Source: Paramoeba atlantica
Lineage: Eukaryota > Protista > Discosea
NCBI GenBank assembly: GCA_977017575.1
Contig: CDRNVI010000054.1
Location: 434,001 to 498,000 of the forward strand
DNA: 64,000 bases
Reading direction: 5' to 3'
This document shows, piece after piece, positions 44,905 through 55,552 of the stretch (positions within the stretch are counted from its first letter, which is position 1; the number at the start of each line of letters is the position of its first letter). A program made the translations under genes and the position numbers. Below the pieces are notes generated by a model. That model made no database searches, was not told where the DNA came from, and saw nothing but the letters and a program-made list of their open reading frames with translations.

Positions 44905-45306
44905 ACGGTGCGCTTGTAAAGTCGCTGTATACATTTCTACACTGTATTCTTAGAAACCAGGTTACCTAGATTGCTCTGAATTTCGTATGATCACTCAGGC
45001 TCTATATATTTGCGCTTTCTCACGTTTTTGGATATTTAAAAAGTCACCCTCAGCTACTTTCCAACCTTTCCTTACTTTGCTGTTCATAAAATTGGCGAAC
45101 GTTTTTCACGTTCCAATACATAATTCATGGGTTTTTTAGAACCAAAGCACTGGAAACGTCAAGTTTTCTACGGGGAAATTTGCACCTTTATGATAACCCT
45201 AATCACTTTTCTCCAAACCTATGAAGTATGAATTGTAAGTCGAAAACCCACCACATTCCTCACCCCTAGACACTTTACTATTCCATACAACACCCCATCC
45301 ACCCCC

Positions 45307-48300
45307 ATGTCCGCTCCTGACGAAATCGACACCCTTGAAGCCATCGACGAGCTCAGTCTCGACGACGCCGAGCTCTCCTCCACCTCCTCCTCCTCCCAAG
45401 CCGCAACCCCCCATCCGGAGGACCCCTTCTCCCCCGCCTCCCCCGCTCCCCCCTCCACCCTCCCCCCCACCCCCTCCCACCTCTCCCCGGAACAGCTCTG
45501 GGAGGTCGTCACCGCGTTCTTCACCGAGAAAGGCCTCGTGTCCTCCCAGCTCGACAGCTTCAACCATTTCATGCTCGTCGGGCTCCCCCGGATTTTGCGC
45601 GAGACCCGACCGATTGAAATCGAACTCACCAACGCGAATCACCCCGGCGAAGACCCCTCCAGTTTTTGTCGCGAATTTGTTTCCATCGAGTTAAAAGATT
45701 TAACCCGAGCCGTGCCGCAAGATGAGACCGCATTACCGTTGGGCGGGGAGGAGGCCCGGCTGCTGTACCCGCAGGATTGTCGGCTGCGTCGGCTGACCTA
45801 CGCAGGGGCCATCATGGCCGATGTCCGGGTCCGACGCTTTTCACAACAATCCCCCGACAGTGAGTTTGTGTTACTGTCGGATCATTTGCATGCGAAAATC
45901 GATATCGGTCGCGTCCCGGTGATGTTGAAATCACAGTGGTGTAATTTAGCCAAAGTCACGGAGCGTGAAATGCCATGGGCCAGGGAGTGCCTCCATGACC
46001 AGGGGGGGTATTTTGTCGTGAAGGGGACCGAGAAGGTCATGGTCGCCCAGGAACGACAGGCGAGTAACCATGTGATGGTTTTCGCACGGGGGAAATTGGA
46101 CACGGTTTCGCATATGGCGGAGATACGAAGTGCAATGGAAGGGTCGTATCGCGCCCCGAGTACGGTGAAATTAAAGCTGATGGCGGAAATTGGCACATTG
46201 CGGGTTTTTCATAAAGCGCTGGCCGAAGATATTCCTCTTTTTGTGCTGATGCGTGCCCTCGGGTGTGGAAGTGATAAGGAGGGGATGACACTTTGCGCGT
46301 ACAACCTGGAAGATTTTGAAATGTTGGAGAAACTGCAGCCCAGCGTCGAGGAGGCGAAAGATTTGCCGAGTGCGTCCCAGGCGGTTCGCTTTATTGCGCT
46401 TCGGTATCGCCCGGATTTAGCCACGAGACCGGCTGCGGAACAGGAAGCGGTAGGGCGGCAATTCCTCCAATCCACGTTTCTACCGCACATGGGGGTAGAG
46501 CCTGGATGTGAGCGCGGGAAGTCGTACTACCTCGGGTATATTGCTCATAAACTGTTACTCGTCGCGCTTGGAAGACGGGAACAAGATGATCGTGATTTTT
46601 ACGGCAACAAACGTATCGACACTGCGGGCGCGTTGCTGGGGCAATTGCTAAGTGCAGTGCTCTCCCATGCGATGCAAAAAAGTTTGAAACCGTTTCTGGA
46701 CCGGGAACTGAAAAAGCGAGCTCAGCTGAATCTGCGGGATGCTTTTGAGCGCTGCGTAGCGAATGCCGTCACCGCGAACTTGGCCTACGCCTTAGCCACA
46801 GGAAACTGGGGTGTCAAAGGACAACTCGAGGGGAGCAAAACCGGAGTCGCGCAAGTGCTCAATCGTTTGACCTACTCCTCTGCGCTATCTCATCTTCGAC
46901 GACTTAACACGCCAATTGACACGAGTAGTAAGCAAACCAAACCCCGTATGTTGCATTGTACCCACTGGGGGATGCTGTGTCCAGCCGAGACCCCGGAAGG
47001 GGGGCAATGTGGGCTGGTGAAAAACCTCGCGTTGTTGAGTCTATGTAGCGTAGGGGCGGCAGACCCCCAAGGCGTGATTCGTTGGCTCGAGCAAGCGGGG
47101 GTAGAGCCCCTCGAGGAGCTCAATATGAGCCACTCCGAGGAGGGGTTTCGTGTGTTTGTTAACGGGCGCTGGATTGGTACCCACCACGACGTGTTTCCTC
47201 TTGTAGAGAAGATGAAACGGGTGCGAAGAGAGAGCCGAGCCCTGACCGCAGCTCCGCGCGTGTTGTCGGGAATCCAAGAGAGCGCGTGGGAACCGGGGCG
47301 TGGGTTTCAAGCCGGAAGATCTCCTCATCAAACCACTCTGGCCCACGCTGCCGCCAGCTCCCTGAACGCCAGCGGGGACTACCTCAGTATTGTCCACGAC
47401 ATCCGAGACAAGGAGCTGCGTATTTGCACCGATGCGGGCCGTCCCGTGCGCCCCGTTTTTGTCGTCCACAACCATGAGGTGAGCCTAACGCGACACGCCT
47501 TGGAGCGGTGCAAACAGGTTGCCGCGCGGAGCCCCGGAAACTCCCTGTGGTCACTTCTCCTCCAGGGCCCCTACATTGACTTTCTAGACGTCGAGGAGGA
47601 GGACACCGCGCTGATCGCCATGTCCCGCACAGAGCTCGCGAAGAACGCCTACACCCACTGCGAGATTCACCCCAGTTTAATCCTCGGGATCTGCGCCTCC
47701 ATTATTCCCTTTGCCGACCACAACCCCGGCACACGAAACACCTACCAAAGCGCCATGGGGAAACAAGCCATGGGCATTTACGCCTCCAACTACAATCTCC
47801 GCTTCGACACCACCGCCCACGTCCTCTACTACCCCCAAAAACCACTCTGCCGCACCCAGGCCATGAGCTACATGCACAGCAACGACCTCCCCGCGGGCCA
47901 CAACGCCATTGTTGCCATCATGTGCTACAGCGGGTACAACCAGGAGGACTCCGTCGTGATGAACCAAGCCGCCATCGACCGCGGCTTCTTCCGCAGCGTA
48001 CGCTACCAAGTCTACGAAGACGAACCCGGCTCCCACGAGACCTACGAAAAACCCGACAAAACCTCCGCCCGTCTCCGTCGCAATCTCAACTACAACCTGC
48101 TTGACACCGACGGTCTCGCGATTCCCGGGAGTGTCGTCACCGGCAACGACGCCATCTTTGGTAAAACCGAACCCAACCCCGAGAACCCCATGGAAAACCC
48201 CTCCGCCGCCTTCCCCAAAAAAGACAACAGCACCGCCCCCAAGATCACCGAACACGGCACCATCGATGCCGTTCTCCTCACCGAGACCACCTCCCCGCTG

Positions 48301-49125
48301 GCTGGCCCCCACCGTCTCTACAAAATCAAAACCCGTGCCCCCCGTGTCCCCAATGTCGGGGACAAGTTCTGCTCCCGCCACGGCCAGAAGGGCACGATCG
48401 GGATCACCACCCGGCCCGAGGACATGCCCTTCACCGCCTCGGGTCTCACCCCCGATATTATTATGAACCCCCATGCCATCCCGTCCCGGATGACCGTGGC
48501 GCACTTAATCGAGACCTTATCCGGGAAAGTGGGCGCAGCCACGGGTCACGAAATCGAGGCCACCGCCTTCGTCCCCACCGTAGTCCAGGACGTGGCCAAA
48601 AAGCTCCACGAGCTGGGGTACCAAAAATGGGGTCAGGAGCGGCTCTATAACGGACACACCGGGCTCCCGTTAGAAGCGTTAATCTTCTTCGGTCCCACCT
48701 ACTACCAACGGTTAAAACATATTGCGATGGATAAAATCCATGCAAGAGCCCGGGGACGGTTAATGGCCTTAACCCGGCAGCCCCCGGAGGGGAGAGCCGC
48801 ACTCGGGGGGCTGCGGTTCGGGGAGATGGAACGGGACTGCATGATTGCGCACGGGGCGAGTGGGTGGCTGAAGGAGCGGCTGTTCCACGTGAGTGACCAC
48901 TACCGGGTGCTGGTGTGTGAGGGGTGTGGGATGGTGTCGCCGGAGAGTGTGCGGGTGGAGGGGGGGACGGGGGGGGGAGGGGGGAGGGGGGTGGTGTACA
49001 GCTGTCGGGCCTGTGGGGTGGTGAATCGGGTGGTGGGGGTGATGATGCCGTACGCGTGTAAGTTGCTGTTTCAGGAGTTGATGGCGATGAGTATATGGCC
49101 GAGGGTGAGGGTGGGGGAGATGTGA
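45307..49125 (+). CDS. RPB2: RNA polymerase II second-largest subunit
   Basis: QLDSFNHF, DDRDFYGNKR, ATGNWG, CPAETPEGG, NTYQSAMGKQAMG, GDKFCSRHGQKG, PHAIPSRMT and GGLRFGEMERDC. Confidence 0.97.
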   Translation: MSAPDEIDTLEAIDELSLDDAELSSTSSSSQAATPHPEDPFSPASPAPPSTLPPTPSHLSPEQLWEVVTAFFTEKGLVSSQLDSFNHFMLVGLPRILRETRPIEIELTNANHPGEDPSSFCREFVSIELKDLTRAVPQDETALPLGGEEARLLYPQDCRLRRLTYAGAIMADVRVRRFSQQSPDSEFVLLSDHLHAKIDIGRVPVMLKSQWCNLAKVTEREMPWARECLHDQGGYFVVKGTEKVMVAQERQASNHVMVFARGKLDTVSHMAEIRSAMEGSYRAPSTVKLKLMAEIGTLRVFHKALAEDIPLFVLMRALGCGSDKEGMTLCAYNLEDFEMLEKLQPSVEEAKDLPSASQAVRFIALRYRPDLATRPAAEQEAVGRQFLQSTFLPHMGVEPGCERGKSYYLGYIAHKLLLVALGRREQDDRDFYGNKRIDTAGALLGQLLSAVLSHAMQKSLKPFLDRELKKRAQLNLRDAFERCVANAVTANLAYALATGNWGVKGQLEGSKTGVAQVLNRLTYSSALSHLRRLNTPIDTSSKQTKPRMLHCTHWGMLCPAETPEGGQCGLVKNLALLSLCSVGAADPQGVIRWLEQAGVEPLEELNMSHSEEGFRVFVNGRWIGTHHDVFPLVEKMKRVRRESRALTAAPRVLSGIQESAWEPGRGFQAGRSPHQTTLAHAAASSLNASGDYLSIVHDIRDKELRICTDAGRPVRPVFVVHNHEVSLTRHALERCKQVAARSPGNSLWSLLLQGPYIDFLDVEEEDTALIAMSRTELAKNAYTHCEIHPSLILGICASIIPFADHNPGTRNTYQSAMGKQAMGIYASNYNLRFDTTAHVLYYPQKPLCRTQAMSYMHSNDLPAGHNAIVAIMCYSGYNQEDSVVMNQAAIDRGFFRSVRYQVYEDEPGSHETYEKPDKTSARLRRNLNYNLLDTDGLAIPGSVVTGNDAIFGKTEPNPENPMENPSAAFPKKDNSTAPKITEHGTIDAVLLTETTSPLAGPHRLYKIKTRAPRVPNVGDKFCSRHGQKGTIGITTRPEDMPFTASGLTPDIIMNPHAIPSRMTVAHLIETLSGKVGAATGHEIEATAFVPTVVQDVAKKLHELGYQKWGQERLYNGHTGLPLEALIFFGPTYYQRLKHIAMDKIHARARGRLMALTRQPPEGRAALGGLRFGEMERDCMIAHGASGWLKERLFHVSDHYRVLVCEGCGMVSPESVRVEGGTGGGGGRGVVYSCRACGVVNRVVGVMMPYACKLLFQELMAMSIWPRVRVGEM

Positions 49126-49589
49126 GGGGAAGGGGGGGGAGGGAAGGGGGGAGAAAGGGGTAAAAAGAGGGGACTGCGGGGAGGAATGAGGAAGACTGAA
49201 GAAACTTCTTAGAAATGCCTCCGAAGGAAGGCACTGGAGTGCAGAAAAGTTACTTTATGGGTCAAGGGTTTCCTTGTAACGCGTCGCACGTGTAGATTAT
49301 ACGTACATGCATGCATGCATGCATGACACGGGTGTGTGTAAAAGCAAGATTCCACCAAGGTTTGAGAAAAAGTCGTTTCATGCACGCGCCTGTCTACATG
49401 CAATTCTCTATTCATTAGTGTTGTCGCACGATAAAAAAATCTTAAAGATTTACTCTTTTCACTTCTAGAAACGCCTATTTTACTTACTGTACTTGCTGTA
49501 CTTTTTGATTTTACTTACTGTACTTACTGAAACTCTTGTTCAACTTCACATTCTTTTCTACGTGCTCTATTCATACGTGTAGATTTTTA

Positions 49590-50130
49590 TGAAAAGAACG
49601 CGACACGCTCTTCTCCGCGGAAGGTATGTAGTACGAATCTGCCGCATGAAATTCACTTAGATCGATTCGTTAGAAGGGTCACCATTGAGCGGCTCCGTCC
49701 CACCTGGAAGGAATCCAACCCGCCAGATCTTTGGCAAGGAGTCAAGTGCATTTAAGTCTCTTTACTTGATTGGGCCGGAATGAATCTTCTGGGATATTTA
49801 ATCTGGGAAACACCCAGCATTTCGGGTCATTTGTCGTACACAATAGCATATGACACGTAACACTGCGAGAGCTCTCGAATGCGGTGCTCCTATCTAACAA
49901 AGTTTGGCGAATCTTGATCCCTCTACATTTCCGGGACCCCCATATACCACATGAATTCCTTTTAGCGCAATTAGTTAATTTCATCGCAGACAAACACCCC
50001 AGCTGGAATGAGGCCAACCCACCCGAGGAATGGAACGGAGTAAAAGGCAAATTACGCTAGCAAAGTGTCTATTGATTGAGAGAATCTTAATTTGATTGGT
50101 GCGTTCCTCTGGGACGCTTTCCCGCTATAA
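49590..50130 (+). pseudogene. LRR family copy 8: two degenerate tandem cap domains
   Basis: RKVCSTNLPHEIHLDRF..WKESNPPDLWQGVKC* is followed by IPHEFLLAQL..WNEANPPEEWNGVK. Confidence 0.7.
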
Positions 50131-50404
50131 ACCCCTTGTGGCGGACAAACAAGGAATGATAAAGGGAGTGCGTGTCAAATGGGAGCAATATAATTATATC
50201 ATTTTATAATTTTTAATGCTGTTCCAAAATATTTTTTAGAGCGTGAAGAATACATTGTACTAAAACTCTCAATGGCGAGGCATTGGTGAGACAATTCCTT
50301 CATGATGGATACTATGTTATCATGATCTGAGACTTTTGATGTAACAAGCATTCACCACCTTTCGACTGAACGATTAATCTTTACTTTTGTAGAATGATCG
50401 ACTA

Positions 50405-50734
50405 CCGTATACCCCCCAGTAATAGACCCCCCCCAGTAACAGAGATTTGGCCATTTTTGGGCTGACCCCCAGTAACAGAGATTTGGTTCGGGAGGGTGGT
50501 TGGAGGGGGGGTGTTTGAGCGGGTGGGGGTCGCTGGGCTGGGTGAGGGTGGTTGCGCGGGAGCGAATCAATGCACCCATGAACAAAAATGTTCTTTTCCC
50601 ACCAAAAGAGCGTACCCCCCTCAGTGCACCCATGAACAAAAAAGGTCTTTTCTCACCAAAAAAGCATACCCCCCCAGTAACAGAGATTTGGTCATTTCGG
50701 TCCAAAATCGATTCTATTACTGGGGGGTATACGA
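50405..50734. mobile_element. pogo/Tigger-type MITE family B
   Basis: TA|CCGTATACCCCCCAGTAATAGA ... TCTATTACTGGGGGGTATACGA|TA, with three internal CCCCAGTAACAGAGATTTGG repeats. Confidence 0.85.
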
Positions 50735-51450
50735 TAATACTACAATTAATTTAATTGTAATTTTTATTGTAAATTTAATTGTAAATTCATTTAATTTAAA
50801 TGAATTTCACTTGTCACACTGTATGGATTTCGTTTTTTATGGGTTTGTGTTGAAGAAAGAGTGGGGAATGGAACATGAAAACGCGCACAGACGACAGTGC
50901 GGAAATTGCTTTCCTATTTTTCCGCCACGTTAAATTCTTTTTCAAAGAACCAATTTCCGAAATATTCCGAACTTGGTGGACTCGTCCTGCAGATACCAGA
51001 GGGGTCACCCCCGGGTAGGGGGCCTGAAAATGCGCACTAAGATCCCGGCTACCCCTTTGCGCGGGTTTAGTTCGGAATTTCAGGTCACTTATCGCGACAC
51101 GGCGGTGTTTCTTAGAATGTTTGATAATACTGATGCTGTCATTTTAATCCTGGAACGTTCATACATAATACTAATCGGAGGAAGCACGGAGGAAGCAGTT
51201 GTCAAAAAGCGGTGGCTGTTGGTAAACGGGGTTTCGCAAATTGCTTCCCACTAACGACGACGCGTATGGCTCAGGCCCCCTCACGCGGGCCCTCGTATAC
51301 CCCCCCTCCCGGTTCGCAAATTGCTTCCCACTAACGCTCAGGGCCCTCGCCATAGGACGCCATTGTAGAACGATCAGCAACTTAATTTAGTCCATTTAGG
51401 TTTCTTTACTTTAATTTAGTACAATTCAATACTGAAATTGTGTTCGTAGA

Positions 51451-52140
51451 ATGCTTACCCTACCCAGTGCAGACGATGCGCAACCACGACGACCAGCGAC
51501 CCGACTAGGAAAAGTACATGCCTCATGTATGAACGCCGAGACAAAGCTCGTCTTTTTTCTGCAGCACGTGCAGAATACCCATGCAACGTGGACCGATAGA
51601 AATCCGATCGCCAAGTGGTTTCGTGTTAGACAAATGAGTGAGGATGGTATTGCCCTCGAATGGATGAATCTCCAATTATCGGGGAATCTCACATGGAGCT
51701 TCCTTCCGGAGGATGTGCATTTCGTTAAACTACATCGTAACAAACTCGGAGGTACGCTGCAGAGTGCAGAACTCCCTTCCACAGTGAGCTATCTGTGGCT
51801 TAATCGCAACCAGTTTACTGGGGAGGTCGATCTCACGACGCTCCCATCTGCACTCACAAAGCTATGTTTGAATTTGAACGAGTTCTACGGTCCTGTCGAC
51901 CTGCAGCATTTGCCCCAAGGTTTGCTTTGGTTGTGGCTAAATCAAAACCATTTCTCTGGTACCGTCTCGTTGCGAGGCCTTCCGGAAACCATAAAGGAGA
52001 TCTACTTGTCGGATAATGATTTTGAAGGTACTGTAGATGTCAGCGAGGTCCCGGACTCCGCAACTGTGATTAGATTAAGAGGCAAAAACCGCTTGAACGT
52101 AAATGGAGTTCACATCGGGCATCGTAATTCAGAAGATTAA
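51451..52140 (+). CDS. LRR family copy 9 (cap cysteines lost)
   Basis: RLGKVH leader, W..WF.V cap and 23-aa repeats. Confidence 0.85.
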   Translation: MLTLPSADDAQPRRPATRLGKVHASCMNAETKLVFFLQHVQNTHATWTDRNPIAKWFRVRQMSEDGIALEWMNLQLSGNLTWSFLPEDVHFVKLHRNKLGGTLQSAELPSTVSYLWLNRNQFTGEVDLTTLPSALTKLCLNLNEFYGPVDLQHLPQGLLWLWLNQNHFSGTVSLRGLPETIKEIYLSDNDFEGTVDVSEVPDSATVIRLRGKNRLNVNGVHIGHRNSED

Positions 52141-52498
52141 TGTTCAATTCAAATCTACCTTCCAAAAAAGATTTCTTTGGGTTTATAATTCTTTGGGTTT
52201 CTTTGGGTTTATGTTTACATAGTTTTTCCGGCAAACGTGGAAAAGAAATGTAGCAGCTGCAGACTTCAAACGTGTTACGAATCATATTAAAATCTATATT
52301 AAATCATATTGAAAATAACATTCGGTCCAAATTTTTTGACACTTGTACTTTCTATGACACTATGTACATTCATTCTGCGTACATTCTGTGACACTCTGTA
52401 CATTCAGATACTTTACTAGACCCCTCATCCACTACATTGCTTATCTTAAAAATCTTCGTTTATCTGAAAATCATCGCTTATCTAGAAATTTTCTTTTC

Positions 52499-54586
52499 AT
52501 GGACGAGAATAGTTTGTTTGCGGGACTTCGGGAACGCTTCCCTACGGACGATTCGACGTACGCACACCGAAGTATGGGTCTCACCCACCCCCTCACCGAT
52601 ACCCAGCTGAAGCGCTTTGTTCGCGCCAAATTTCGTTTCGTCTCCGGTATGGAGCCGCGACAGGCATTAGCACGCCTTACCGAGATGGCACGACTCTTTG
52701 CCGCTGAGGTCTCAACTTTAGAAAACATTTCACACGTCAAAGTGAAGTTGCACGCTGAGAAGCTTAATACCGATGAAAAACAGAACGATGAACCGGAAAA
52801 TTTTAACCTGCCGCACACTTATTCACCGCACCCTGAGATCAGATGTACCCCCTTTGTTTCTTCCTGTTTCCTTCCTTGGCTGGGGTGTACGTTTCGGAAC
52901 GGAGCCCAAGTGATTCAATACGTCCCGAACAAAGACAACGGCAGCCGTAACGTTTGTGAGAGTCTATGTGAATTGCATGCTTTGCAGTCCGCCGTACACG
53001 TCCTGGATGCGCTGTACCCCGCAACCGATTTCGTCTTGCTGGTCGATATGAGTCACGTAACATGGCGGCATCTTTGGGGAGTTTCATCCTCATCTTCTCC
53101 TTCTTCTTCTTCTGCGCAACAAACAAAGCCTCACAAAGGAAAAGTGAGTACAGCGACCCACACCATTACATCCTGTTCGGGTGAGTCGCAACCATGTGTT
53201 TTCTCGACACAGGAGGTGAACGGTTTGGAACACTCGGATGTAAACCAAAGCAGCAAGCCACGAAGAAGACAAGATGAAATATCTTCTACCAACAGAAAAA
53301 CAGAAATTCCTCGAGATTACATAGGAATTTCAAAAAGAGGAATTTCTCAAGAAGACAAAGGAATGTCAAAAAGAGAAATCCCTCAAGAAGACAAAGGAAT
53401 CTCAAAAAGAGAAATTTCTCAGGAACATAAAGGAATCTCAAAAACAGAATTTCCTGAAGAAGACAAAGGAATCTCAAAAAGAGAAATTTCTCAAGCGTCC
53501 ACGGGGTACTCTAAAAGAGAAATCCGGAACGGGTGTTCCCTAAACGCCCTTTCCTCTCTCCCTGCGCTGTGGACGCGAGCGCTTGAGCTTCTGTGCGCCC
53601 ACTGGGCCTGTAATCTCACGAAAGTGCTTTGTTACCACGTGGGGATGGCCACCAGCGTGTACCTCCGATTTCTGCTGGACCACCCGAGAGTGGAGGTGCT
53701 TCGGTACGCCCAGCTTCGCGGGCTGCTGAGGAAAGAAATGGGGGAGGTTGGTTTTGAGCGCGCAGAGGAGTATTTGGATTTTGCCGGACTCGCGGCGGAG
53801 AAATGGGAAGTCGAGAAGAGGGCAAGCGAGGAACAAAAAAAGGAACAAGAAGAAGAAGAAAAGGAACAAAAAGGAAGCAAACTGACAAGAGGAGACAAAA
53901 AAACAGAGGAAAAGAGTGGAGAAAACAGGCAACCCGTGCGTAGAGTGTCGAAACAGCGAGTAGGGAGAAGAGAAGAGGGTGGGGGGCAAGCGAATTCAGA
54001 TTTCAGAAATGATTTTATGGAAAATCGTGAGGGACAAAGCCGCTCGGTTCCTGGGGCTATGACGGGGTTGTCCTCATACAACAACGGAGGCATACCTTTG
54101 GGAAACGGAAGATGTGGAGGCGAAGGTGAGAGCAATCCGTACCCGCATGAGAAGAACCCAGGACCTTTGTTGCCGAACCCTTTTTTACCTCATGTCTTAG
54201 ATACGGACATGGATGCTTCATTTGACCCCTCAGACTTGCGCAGCGGCATGCGATTTTCAAATCCCGAAATTCCTCCGCTACGCAAACACTCCAGTCGACT
54301 GAGTTTATACGGCACTTTAGGCGGCACCGGGGCTCATAGCATGGGAGATCCCCCATTGCTGGCAAATACGCATTTGCCCATGCCCTGCCAAGCTGCCTGT
54401 CCGGGTCCGGAGGAAGCCCGTAGCCCTCAGGAGGGCTTGGAAGCTGGGACGGCCCCATTGCAGGCAGAAGGGATATCATATTCCGAAGCTGATTGTGGAA
54501 GTAACAAAAACGATAGGTCGGCTATAGAGGATGCAGGGAAACACAGTAAAGGGTTAGTTCGCTCCGAATCACAGGTAGATACGTGA
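52499..54586 (+). CDS. Sec14/CRAL-TRIO-like protein with a large repeat insertion
   Basis: LKRFVRAKF..ALARL resembles CRAL-TRIO N. FVLLVDMSHV..HL and LTKVLCYH flank the insert. Confidence 0.55.
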   Translation: MDENSLFAGLRERFPTDDSTYAHRSMGLTHPLTDTQLKRFVRAKFRFVSGMEPRQALARLTEMARLFAAEVSTLENISHVKVKLHAEKLNTDEKQNDEPENFNLPHTYSPHPEIRCTPFVSSCFLPWLGCTFRNGAQVIQYVPNKDNGSRNVCESLCELHALQSAVHVLDALYPATDFVLLVDMSHVTWRHLWGVSSSSSPSSSSAQQTKPHKGKVSTATHTITSCSGESQPCVFSTQEVNGLEHSDVNQSSKPRRRQDEISSTNRKTEIPRDYIGISKRGISQEDKGMSKREIPQEDKGISKREISQEHKGISKTEFPEEDKGISKREISQASTGYSKREIRNGCSLNALSSLPALWTRALELLCAHWACNLTKVLCYHVGMATSVYLRFLLDHPRVEVLRYAQLRGLLRKEMGEVGFERAEEYLDFAGLAAEKWEVEKRASEEQKKEQEEEEKEQKGSKLTRGDKKTEEKSGENRQPVRRVSKQRVGRREEGGGQANSDFRNDFMENREGQSRSVPGAMTGLSSYNNGGIPLGNGRCGGEGESNPYPHEKNPGPLLPNPFLPHVLDTDMDASFDPSDLRSGMRFSNPEIPPLRKHSSRLSLYGTLGGTGAHSMGDPPLLANTHLPMPCQAACPGPEEARSPQEGLEAGTAPLQAEGISYSEADCGSNKNDRSAIEDAGKHSKGLVRSESQVDT
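53290..53530 (+). repeat. Coding repeat, 36-bp unit (EISQEDKGISKR), about 6 copies
   Basis: Repeated GGAATCTCAAAAAGAGAAAT(T/C)..TCAAGAAGACAAA units. Confidence 0.88.
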
Positions 54587-54871
54587 GTATCTACATGGGG
54601 TACGGGCCCAGCAGGTGGGGAGCAGGAACATCATTAGTTCGCGGGTCATCGAAAATGACGTAGTGTCCGCTCTTCCCCCCATTAAACTATGTGGTGGGAG
54701 TTCACCTATCCCACTTCTTTTTCTTCTTTAGAACCGAGATTTTCTTAAAACGATCAGTGAACGAAGGCTTTTCCTCAATACAATGTATTGTATAATTGCT
54801 TCGCTCTTGATATAATTTTGTAGAGTCAGTCTAACTGACTTTTTTATTTAATACTTGAACTGCAACTTCAA

Positions 54872-55552
54872 AAGATCTTTTCCGCGGCATTCGTACACGC
54901 CTCCGATAGTTCTGTTCGACTGGGCAAAGTGAGCACAACGCGAATGTCTCATGAAGACCTTATGGAATATTTCCTTCAGAATATTTCTTCAACAAAGATG
55001 ATATGGGACATACGAACACCTGCATGTGAATGGTACCGACTACGCTGCGAGGATGAGCTCTTTGTTTCCCATATAGATTTTGAATGGGTCGCTTTGCGCG
55101 GACACCCAAAATGGGAATACTTACCTTCTACATTGAGCGAGTTGAACCTGGGCCTTAATTATTTGCGCGGAAGCGTGTCGTTTCATTATTTCCCACGCGG
55201 ATTGAAACGGATAAATTTGTCTTGCAACAACTTTTCGGGAAATGTTTGCCTTAGTGAGCTTCCCCCCGAACTCGGGACCTTGACTCTTTCATCGAATTGG
55301 TTTTCCGGCCATTTAAATTTTCGAGATCTTCCGAGAACTCTCACATCGGTTCAGTTTGATCAGAATGGATTTGAAGAGGCAACAAATCTTGATGTTCTAC
55401 CTGAGAAACTTGATCGCCTGTACATCCAGATTAATTTCCGACTTAGTGGAACCTTTCGCAGATCGCAACTTCCCCCCCATTTACTTCCTGGAACTACGTT
55501 TCAATTTCACCACACGCGTGTGGTTGAAGAGTCCTCGTGTTGTCTGATGTAA
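54872..55552 (+). CDS. LRR family copy 10 (conserved leader lies upstream of the first ATG, 54944)
   Basis: In-frame HASDSSVRLGKVSTTRM, PACEW..LRC cap and repeats. Confidence 0.75.
   Translation, partial: KIFSAAFVHASDSSVRLGKVSTTRMSHEDLMEYFLQNISSTKMIWDIRTPACEWYRLRCEDELFVSHIDFEWVALRGHPKWEYLPSTLSELNLGLNYLRGSVSFHYFPRGLKRINLSCNNFSGNVCLSELPPELGTLTLSSNWFSGHLNFRDLPRTLTSVQFDQNGFEEATNLDVLPEKLDRLYIQINFRLSGTFRRSQLPPHLLPGTTFQFHHTRVVEESSCCLM

Noticed and set aside
47677-49234. Long antisense ORFs over RPB2, and similar ones over PP5, the TPM gene and glucosidase II
   Set aside because: These are shadow frames expected from GC-rich skewed coding DNA, and they translate to low-complexity sequence.
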